From Thermoanaerobaculia bacterium (GTDB lineage Bacteria > Acidobacteriota > Thermoanaerobaculia > Multivoradales > JAHEKO01), in NCBI GenBank assembly GCA_041575955.1, contig JBFGLX010000003.1:1-36789 (forward strand): a stretch of DNA of 36,789 nucleotides, read 5' to 3'. Position 1 is the stretch's first letter. Each line of letters opens with the position of its first letter. The notes beneath the pieces were generated by a model that did no database searches, was not told the DNA's origin, and was given only the letters and a program-made list of their open reading frames with translations. The position numbers and the translations under genes are program-made. Below, piece after piece: positions 16,576 through 23,547 of the stretch.

Positions 16576-17711
16576 GCCGCGGGCGCGGCACCTCGCTGAT
16601 CGAGCTGCTGGTGGCGCTGGCGCTCGGCCTGGGCCTGGTCGCCGGGCTCCTGTCGCTCTTCCGGGTCCACGCGGCGGTGGCTCACCGGCAGAGCCAGCTG
16701 GCCGACCTCCAGCAGGCGTTGCGCATCGCCAGGCACGAACTGAACCGAGCGTGCCGGCTGGCGGGACGGGGCGGCCTGCTCGACGCGGCGGTGGCGGTCC
16801 GGAACAACGTCGCTCCGGGGACGCGCATCGGCGGCGCCGGCACCGCCGGCGTCGTGGCGGGAACGGACGTGCTGGTGGTGCGGGGTGCGCTCGGAGGCCC
16901 GATGCTCGAGGCCACCGGCGCCGCGGGGCTGGCCTCGGGCTCGGCCAACCTGATCCTGACCCGGCTGCGCGCTGCGGGCACCGTCCAGGAGCTCGAGCCG
17001 CTGGCGGAGGCCGCGGCCGGCGGCGAGGCGCTGCTGTTGAGCGGCGGCGCCGGCTCGGGGCGCTGCGCGGTCGTCGAGGTGACCAGCCTCGCCGAAACGA
17101 AAGGCGAGCACGGCGAGCTGCTCGAGCTGGTGGTCGGTTTCCGCGCGGAGGGCTCGGCCACCGCCGACGGCTACCGGGCTCTGGCGCGCGGTTGCGAGCC
17201 GCCGCTACCGGATGCGCCGCTGCTCGTCGGCGTGCTCGAGGAGCAGCGGTTCTACCTGCGCCGCGACGACCGCACCTTTGGAGTCGACGCCAGCCACCGG
17301 CTCGCGCGCGCCCGGTTCCGCCCGGGCTCGGAGCGCGTCCATCCGGGCGGACCGCGAAGCGGCGTGGCGCTGGTCGACCATGCGGTCGACCTGCAGGTGG
17401 CGCTGGGGTTCGACTCCGACGGGGATGGAGCGATCCTCGAGAGCTCCGGTCCCGGCCGGGCAGCCGACGAGTGGCTGTACAACGATCCAGCCGATCCGGT
17501 GGCGGTCGCTGACCGGCTTGGGGGGCGCCCGGAGCTCATCCGCTGGAGTCTGATCTTGCGATCGGCGCGGCCGAGTCGCGGGCATCTGGCGCCGCCCCTG
17601 GGCCAGCTGGAAGACCATGAGTACGATCGAGCCGGACCCGACGGGGACCCCGTGAGCCGGCTCTTCCTGCGCGGCTCGACCGGCGCCACGGTCCGGCCGC
17701 GAAGCCGATGA
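16560..17711 (+). CDS. PilW-like minor pilin, 383 aa
   Basis: MDRRLSRGRG|TSLIELLVALALGLG, LQQALRIA...RLAGRG, VDLQVALGFDSDGDG (PilW-type pattern). Confidence 0.78.
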   Translation: MDRRLSRGRGTSLIELLVALALGLGLVAGLLSLFRVHAAVAHRQSQLADLQQALRIARHELNRACRLAGRGGLLDAAVAVRNNVAPGTRIGGAGTAGVVAGTDVLVVRGALGGPMLEATGAAGLASGSANLILTRLRAAGTVQELEPLAEAAAGGEALLLSGGAGSGRCAVVEVTSLAETKGEHGELLELVVGFRAEGSATADGYRALARGCEPPLPDAPLLVGVLEEQRFYLRRDDRTFGVDASHRLARARFRPGSERVHPGGPRSGVALVDHAVDLQVALGFDSDGDGAILESSGPGRAADEWLYNDPADPVAVADRLGGRPELIRWSLILRSARPSRGHLAPPLGQLEDHEYDRAGPDGDPVSRLFLRGSTGATVRPRSR

Positions 17712-18412
17712 CCGGACGGCGACGGTTCGCGGCCGAGCGCGGCGGCGCCTATCTGCTGGCGCTCACCGCCCTTCTGGCCCTGACCGGCCTGGGAATCGCG
17801 CTGTCGGGGATCGCTCTGATCGAGCGCCGGTTGGGCTCGGCCGACGAGCGCCGGCAACAGGCGCTCAACGCGGCCGACAGCGGGCTGGCGCTCGCCACCG
17901 CCCGCCTGCTCGCCGGTGGCGGCAGCGATCCGCTGCAGGTCGTCTTCGGCGCCGGCCGCACGGCGGCGATGGCTCGCGCCAGCCGGGTGCGGGTCGAGCC
18001 GCCGCTCCTGGTTGCCGCCGCTCCGTGCGCGTCCTGCGATCCGGCGGCCGGCGGCGTCGGCAGGGTGAGCTACGCGCTGGCCGCCCTCGGCGAGCAGATC
18101 GTCTGGCCCGGGCACCTTTCGCCGGACGACCCGCGCCCGACCGCCCGGGCGTCCGTGGAGGCGATCGTGACCCTCCAGCCCTGGCCGATTCCGGGCTCGC
18201 CGGAGCCGCCCGGGGCCGCCGCTGGCGGCCCGGCGTGCGATCCGGAGGCCCGCGCGAGAGCGCTCGAGCGGCTGCGCGGCGAGCTGCATCCGCCCGGGTG
18301 CAGATTCGGACCGGCGTCGCTCGCGGTGCGGGCGCTCGACGCCGAGAGCGGCTCGAGCTGCGGGGTAACGGTGCCCGTCTGCGTGCTCCTGAGCGGCTGG
18401 CGAGAGCGCTAG
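17708..18412 (+). CDS. PilX-like minor pilin
   Basis: ERG|GAYLLALTALLALTGLGIAL lacks E+5, as in PilX. QALNAADSGL. ATGA overlap with the pilW-like gene. Confidence 0.7.
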   Translation: MTGRRRFAAERGGAYLLALTALLALTGLGIALSGIALIERRLGSADERRQQALNAADSGLALATARLLAGGGSDPLQVVFGAGRTAAMARASRVRVEPPLLVAAAPCASCDPAAGGVGRVSYALAALGEQIVWPGHLSPDDPRPTARASVEAIVTLQPWPIPGSPEPPGAAAGGPACDPEARARALERLRGELHPPGCRFGPASLAVRALDAESGSSCGVTVPVCVLLSGWRER

Positions 18413-18427
18413 ATCCTGACCGGCGGC

Positions 18428-18433
18428 TATACT
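18428..18433 (+). promoter_or_regulatory. -10 box TATACT, probable leaderless promoter of the CHAD-parA pair
   Basis: TATACT lies 8 nt before ATG 18442, with no SD. Confidence 0.55.
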
Positions 18434-18441
18434 GGCGCGCC

Positions 18442-20025
18442 ATGGCCGAGCGCGGGATCGCCTACTGTGCCGGCGACGAGTCCGAGCTCGAGCGGATCGT
18501 GCGCGCTCTGGGTGAGCGCTTCGCGATCGAGCAGGAGCGTACCCTCAGGCGGCGGCTCTACTACGACACCTTCGACTGGCGTCTGTGGCGGAGGCGAAGC
18601 CGGCTGTGGACCGAGCCCGAGCCGGCTGGCGCCCGGCTGGTGTGGCAGCGCGAGCCGCCGCGGCGGCGGCTCGGACTGGCGTTGGCGGCCGAGCGCGGCG
18701 GCGAGATCGGCTTCGCGGCCGATCTGCCCGCCGGGCGGCTTCGCGACCGCCTCACCCGGGTGCTCGGCGTGCGCCGGCTGCTGCCGGTGGTCGAGGTGCG
18801 CGCCGAGGGCCGGCTGGTCCGGATCCTGGACGGCCGGCAGAAGACCGTCGTCCGGGTGTTCGCGGAACTGCCGGCCGCCCGCGCGCCCGGCGCCCCCGGC
18901 CCGTGGACGCGGCTGGCGCCGCTCGCCGTCGTCCAGCCGGTCAAGGGCTATCCGGGGGCCTGCCGCGAGGTGACCGGCTTCCTCGGCGGCGAGCTCGAGC
19001 TCGCGGAGCGGCAGGCGGACGAGCTCGAGGCCGGCTCGGTTCTCGGCGGGTTGGGTCCGGCCGGTGGCTACACCGGCAAGCTGAGCGTGCCCCTCGACCG
19101 CGACGCCGACGCCGACGATGCGCTGCGCGCCGTGCTGCGCGAGCTGCTCGAGACGATCGAGAGGAACGAGGCCGGGACCATCGCCAGGCTCGACACCGAG
19201 TTCCTGCACGACTTCCGGGTGGCCGTCCGGCGGACGCGGTCGGCGCTGAGCCAGACCCGGAAGGTGTGGGCGCCCGAGCTCATCCGCCCGTTCCGCCGCG
19301 AGCTCTCCTGGCTGGGCGGGATCACCGGTCCGATGCGCGATCTGGACGTCTACCTGCTGGCGCTGCCTGGGTACGCCGCGGCCCTGCCGGCGCCGGTGCG
19401 TGCCGACCTCGAGCCCTTCCGACGGCTGCTCGAGTCGCACGGCGAAGCCGAGCAGGCGAAGCTGGCGTCCGCGCTCGGCGGGTCGCGCTACCGCCGGTTG
19501 ATCGACTCGTGGCGGAGCTTCCTCGCCGCCCGCCCGGCCGAGGAGAGCCGCCCCCCCGCGGCCCGCCAGCCGATCGTGCGCCTCGCCCACCGGATCATCG
19601 GCAAGGCCCACCGCCGCATCCTGAAGCGCGGGCGCGCGATCGACGACGACACGCCTCCGGAGGCGCTTCACCGCCTGCGCATCGACGGCAAGAAGCTCCG
19701 CTATCTGCTCGAGTTCTTCCGCGCGCTCTATCCACCGGCGGCGCTCGGGCCGCCGATCCGAGCGCTCAAGCAGCTCCAGGACAACCTCGGCGCCTACAAC
19801 GACTACGGCGTCCAGCTGCGCATGCTGGAGAGCTGCGGCGGCCGGCTGGCCACCGGCGACGCCCCGGGCGTCGCGGCCGTGATGGCGCTGGGCCGGCTGG
19901 CGGCCGAGCTCGAGCGGCGGGAAGCGCGCGAGCGCGCCCGCTTCTCGGAGCGGTTCGCCGAGTTCAGCCGCGGCGAGACCAGCGAGCGTTTCCGGGCGCT
20001 GCTCGCGGCGGGAGAGACGCCGTGA
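18442..20025 (+). CDS. CHAD-domain polyphosphate-binding protein with degenerate N-terminal CYTH-like domain, 527 aa
   Basis: YYDTFDWRL (CYTH-like). CHAD motifs EFLHDFRVAVRRTRS, GPMRDLDV, LHRLRIDGKKLRYLLEFF, LKQLQDNLGAYND. Confidence 0.92.
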   Translation: MAERGIAYCAGDESELERIVRALGERFAIEQERTLRRRLYYDTFDWRLWRRRSRLWTEPEPAGARLVWQREPPRRRLGLALAAERGGEIGFAADLPAGRLRDRLTRVLGVRRLLPVVEVRAEGRLVRILDGRQKTVVRVFAELPAARAPGAPGPWTRLAPLAVVQPVKGYPGACREVTGFLGGELELAERQADELEAGSVLGGLGPAGGYTGKLSVPLDRDADADDALRAVLRELLETIERNEAGTIARLDTEFLHDFRVAVRRTRSALSQTRKVWAPELIRPFRRELSWLGGITGPMRDLDVYLLALPGYAAALPAPVRADLEPFRRLLESHGEAEQAKLASALGGSRYRRLIDSWRSFLAARPAEESRPPAARQPIVRLAHRIIGKAHRRILKRGRAIDDDTPPEALHRLRIDGKKLRYLLEFFRALYPPAALGPPIRALKQLQDNLGAYNDYGVQLRMLESCGGRLATGDAPGVAAVMALGRLAAELERREARERARFSERFAEFSRGETSERFRALLAAGETP

Positions 20026-20768
20026 GGGTCCTGGCGCTCTACAACATCAAGGGCGGGGTCGGTAAGACCGCATCGGCCGCCAACCTCGCCTATCTGGCCG
20101 CCCGGGGCGGCCGCCGCACCCTGCTCTGGGACCTCGATCCGCAGGGCGCCGCCTCCTATCTGTTCCGCATCCGAGCCAAGGTGAAGGGTGGCGGCCGCAA
20201 GCTGCTGCGCGGGGACCGCGCGCTCGATGAGGCGATCAAGGGAACCGATTTCGAAGCCCTCGACCTGCTACCGGCCGACTTCTCCTACCGCAAGCTGGAC
20301 CTGGCGCTCGGCACCATGAAGAAGCCCGCCCGCCGGCTGGCCGGGCTCCTGCAGACCCTCGAGCCCGAGTACGACGACGTCATCCTCGACTGCGCTCCCA
20401 GCATCTCCCTGCTCTCGGAGAGCGTCTTCGTCGCCTCGGACGCCCTGCTCGTGCCGACCATTCCGACCACCCTCTCGCTGCGCATGCTGGAGCGGCTCGG
20501 GCGGCACCTGGCCCGTCGCAAGCGCTTTCGCCGCGCCGCGGTGCTGCCGTTCTTCTGCATGGTCGACTGCCGCAAGAAGCTCCATCGCGAGGTGACGGCG
20601 GGGGCAGGCGCGGACGCGGAGTTTCTCGAGGCGGTGATTCCCTACTCGAGCCTGGTCGAGCGGATGGCGGTAGAGCGCGCGCCGTTGCATGCGTTCGCGA
20701 GCTGGAGCACCCCGGCGCGCGCCTACGAGCGGCTGTGGGCCGAGATCGAAGCGCGCGTGCCGAGCTGA
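20022..20768 (+). CDS. ParA/Soj-family ATPase, 248 aa
   Basis: GTGA overlap with the CHAD stop. Deviant Walker A KGGVGKT, DLDPQG, ILDCAP. Confidence 0.93.
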   Translation: MRVLALYNIKGGVGKTASAANLAYLAARGGRRTLLWDLDPQGAASYLFRIRAKVKGGGRKLLRGDRALDEAIKGTDFEALDLLPADFSYRKLDLALGTMKKPARRLAGLLQTLEPEYDDVILDCAPSISLLSESVFVASDALLVPTIPTTLSLRMLERLGRHLARRKRFRRAAVLPFFCMVDCRKKLHREVTAGAGADAEFLEAVIPYSSLVERMAVERAPLHAFASWSTPARAYERLWAEIEARVPS

Positions 20769-20796
20769 TCCCGCCCCGGGTCCGGCGGCGCCGGCC

Positions 20797-22941
20797 TCAC
20801 TCCTGGGGGTGCCAGGAGCCGCGGTGGTGGAGCCGGTGGTGCTGCGAGTCGACGCGCTCGTCATCCGGTCCGGGTCGCACCCGCTGGTAGACACCGTCGG
20901 TGTCCAGTACCCGAGCCTGCACGTTGTCGCGCAGGTGCAAGAAGAGGATGTCGTCGCGCAGCGCGCACCGGAGCTTCGGATCGAGGACCGGGAAGAGAAG
21001 CTCGACCCGGCCGTCCAGGTTGCGGGGCATGAGGTCGGCGCTGCCGAGCAGGATCTCCTCCTCGCCGCCGTTGCGGAAGTAGTAGATGCGCGAGTGCTCC
21101 AGGAAGCGGCCGACGATCGAAGTGACGCGGATGTTGTCGCTGACGCCGGCGACGCCGGGTCGCAGGCAGCAGATGCCGCGTACCTGGAGGTCGATGCGCA
21201 CCCCGGCCCGGGAAGCTTCGTAGAGCTTGCTGATGCAGCTTTTGTCGACCAGCGAGTTCATCTTGAACGCCAGGTAGCCGCCGCCGCTGTCGCGCTGCAC
21301 GGCGATCTCGCGGTCGATGCGCTCGAGCAGCTGGTCGCGCATCGAGTGCGGCGAGACCAGCAGCTTGCGGTAGCTGTTCTTCCGCGAGTAGCCGGTCAGG
21401 GAGTTGAACAGGTCGGAGACGTCCGCCGCCAGGTCGGAGTCGGCGGTGAAGTAGCCGAGATCGGTGTAGACGCGCGAGGTGACCGGGTTGTAGTTGCCGG
21501 TTCCGAGGTGCACGTAGCTCTGGATGCCGTGGGCCTCGCGCCTGACGATCAGGCACATCTTGCAGTGCACTTTCAGGCCCACCAGGCCGTAGACCACGTG
21601 CACCCCCGCCTCTTCCAGCGCCCGTGCCCAGACGATGTTGTTCTCCTCGTCGAAGCGCGCCTTGAGCTCGACCAGAACGGCGACCTGCTTGCCCCGCTCG
21701 CGCGCCTCGCGCAGCGCGCGCACCACCGGCGAGTTGGGTCCGGTGCGATAGAGCGTCTGCTTGATGGCGATCACGTTGGGGTCGCGGCTGGCGCACTGGA
21801 TGAGGTCGACCACCGGCCCGAAGCTGTCGAACGGGTGGTAGAGCAGCGCGTCGTGCTCGCGCAGCACCGAGAACAGGCTCTCGTCCTGGGTGAGCTGGGG
21901 CGGCGTCAGCGGCAGGAACGGCGGGTCCTTGAGCTCCGGCCGGTCGATCCTGGTCAGCTCCATCAGGTCGGCGAGTCCGAGCGGGCCCTCCTCCTCGTAC
22001 ACCTGATAGGGCGAGATGCGCAGGTTGCGGCTCAGGATCGAGCGGATGCGCTCGGGCATCCGGGCGTCGACCTCGAGCCGGATCGCGGAGCCGAAATGGC
22101 GCTGCGCGACCACGTCCTGCATGGTCGTCATCAGGTCGGCGGCTTCGTCCTCTTCGATCTCGAGATCGGCGTCCCGGGTCACCCGGAAGGGGTGAGCGGC
22201 GAACACCTCGAGCCCCGGGAAGAGCAGGTCGAGGTTGGCCGCGACCACTTCGTCCAACCAGACGAAGTTGCTCCCGACGGGCTCGACCAGGCCGAGGTGC
22301 TCGTAGCCGCCGGCGCGGTCTTCGCTGGGAATCCGCAGCAGGCGCTCGAGCGTGTTCGGCACCTTGAGCCGGGCGAAGCGCTCGCCGTCACGGTCATCGT
22401 GGATCTCGACCGCCAGGTTGATGCTCAGGTTGGAGATGTGCGGAAACGGGTGCCCCGGATCGAACGCCAGCGGCGTCAGCACCGGGAAGATCGCGCGCTT
22501 GAAGTGACGGCGCAGGAGCTTGCGCTGCTTGCGCTTCAGGTCGCCGTAGCTGAGGACGCGAATCGCCCGCTTGGCCAGCTTGGGCTGCAAGTCGTCGCGC
22601 CAGCAGCGGACGCTCTGCTCGAGCATCGGCATCAGCTTCTCGCGAATCGCGGCGAGCTGCTCGGCCGGGGTCATGCCGTCCGGGGGGGCCTCGAGAGCGC
22701 CCGCCTCCAGCTGCCGTCGCAGGCCGGAGACCCGGATCATGAAGAATTCGTCGAGATTGCTGTTGAAGATCGACAGGAACTTGACCCGTTCGAGCAACGG
22801 ATGGTCCGGGTCGAGCGCTTCCTCGAGCACGCGGGCGTTGAAATCCAGCCAGCTCAACTCGCGGTTGGTGTAGTACCGCTTGTCGGCGAGATCGGGGGCG
22901 GCGTCGGTAAGCTGGGTGGGGCGGTCTTCGAGAGTAGCCAG
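20797..22941 (-). CDS. ppk1: Polyphosphate kinase 1 (probable CTG start), 714 aa
   Basis: YTNRELSWLDFNARVL, NLDEFFMIRV, HPFPHISN, KQTLYRT, ELKARFDE, GLKVHCK, GTGNYN, RFLEHSR, SADLMPRNL. The ORF-track start at 22857 cuts the conserved N-terminal motif. Confidence 0.96.
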   Translation of the reverse strand: MATLEDRPTQLTDAAPDLADKRYYTNRELSWLDFNARVLEEALDPDHPLLERVKFLSIFNSNLDEFFMIRVSGLRRQLEAGALEAPPDGMTPAEQLAAIREKLMPMLEQSVRCWRDDLQPKLAKRAIRVLSYGDLKRKQRKLLRRHFKRAIFPVLTPLAFDPGHPFPHISNLSINLAVEIHDDRDGERFARLKVPNTLERLLRIPSEDRAGGYEHLGLVEPVGSNFVWLDEVVAANLDLLFPGLEVFAAHPFRVTRDADLEIEEDEAADLMTTMQDVVAQRHFGSAIRLEVDARMPERIRSILSRNLRISPYQVYEEEGPLGLADLMELTRIDRPELKDPPFLPLTPPQLTQDESLFSVLREHDALLYHPFDSFGPVVDLIQCASRDPNVIAIKQTLYRTGPNSPVVRALREARERGKQVAVLVELKARFDEENNIVWARALEEAGVHVVYGLVGLKVHCKMCLIVRREAHGIQSYVHLGTGNYNPVTSRVYTDLGYFTADSDLAADVSDLFNSLTGYSRKNSYRKLLVSPHSMRDQLLERIDREIAVQRDSGGGYLAFKMNSLVDKSCISKLYEASRAGVRIDLQVRGICCLRPGVAGVSDNIRVTSIVGRFLEHSRIYYFRNGGEEEILLGSADLMPRNLDGRVELLFPVLDPKLRCALRDDILFLHLRDNVQARVLDTDGVYQRVRPGPDDERVDSQHHRLHHRGSWHPQE

Positions 22942-23014
22942 ATTTACCTCCGGGCGCGCGAGATCTAGTATAGCGGGCGGACTCGAGCCGGACGAACCGG
23001 CGCCCGGAGGGAGT

Positions 23015-23518
23015 GTGAAGCGCCTCTATCTGTTGCGACATGCGAAGTCGGATTGGCAGGGCGACTCGCCGACCGACCACGATCGGCCGCTCTCGGCGCG
23101 CGGTCGGCGGGCAGCGTCCACCGTCGGCAGGTTTCTGGCCGCCGTCGGGCAGAGGCCCGACGCGGTGGTCACCTCGACCGCGGTGCGGGCGCGAGCGACG
23201 GTCGAGATCGCGGCGAGCGCGGGCGGCTGGAGCTGTCCGGTGACGGCGACCGAGCGGCTCTACGCCGGCTCGCCGGACCGGCTGCTCGAGGTCGTCCGCG
23301 AGACCGACGACGCCGTCGGCCGCCTGCTGCTGGCCGGGCACGAGCCGGTCTGGTCGGAGAGCGCCGGCCGCCTGATCGGCGGCGGCAGGATCAAGCTGGT
23401 CACCGCGGCGGTGGTCAGGATCGATCTCGAGAGCGCTCGCTGGCGCGACGCCGCGTTCGGCGCCGGAACGCTGGCGTGGCTGGTAACCCCCAAGCTGCTC
23501 ACCAGGTTCGGCGGCTAG
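23015..23518 (+). CDS. sixA: SixA-like phosphohistidine phosphatase, 167 aa
   Basis: GTG after GGAGGGA. LYLLRHAKS, DHDRPLSARG, STAVRARAT, ERLYA, AGHEP. Confidence 0.88.
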   Translation: MKRLYLLRHAKSDWQGDSPTDHDRPLSARGRRAASTVGRFLAAVGQRPDAVVTSTAVRARATVEIAASAGGWSCPVTATERLYAGSPDRLLEVVRETDDAVGRLLLAGHEPVWSESAGRLIGGGRIKLVTAAVVRIDLESARWRDAAFGAGTLAWLVTPKLLTRFGG

Positions 23519-23547
23519 CCTGGCCCCCTGCTAGGCTGTTCCCCCAG

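Noticed and set aside
18585-20021. Apparent 727-aa N-terminally extended ParA
   Set aside because: The extension is an R/A/P-rich alternate frame of the CHAD gene. The real start is GTG 20022.
23053-23547. Apparent 986-aa version of the 2PGK-ApgM ORF, suggesting a SixA triple fusion
   Set aside because: The extension is out of frame with sixA, which has its own TAG at 23516-23518. ATG 23548 has its own -10 box.
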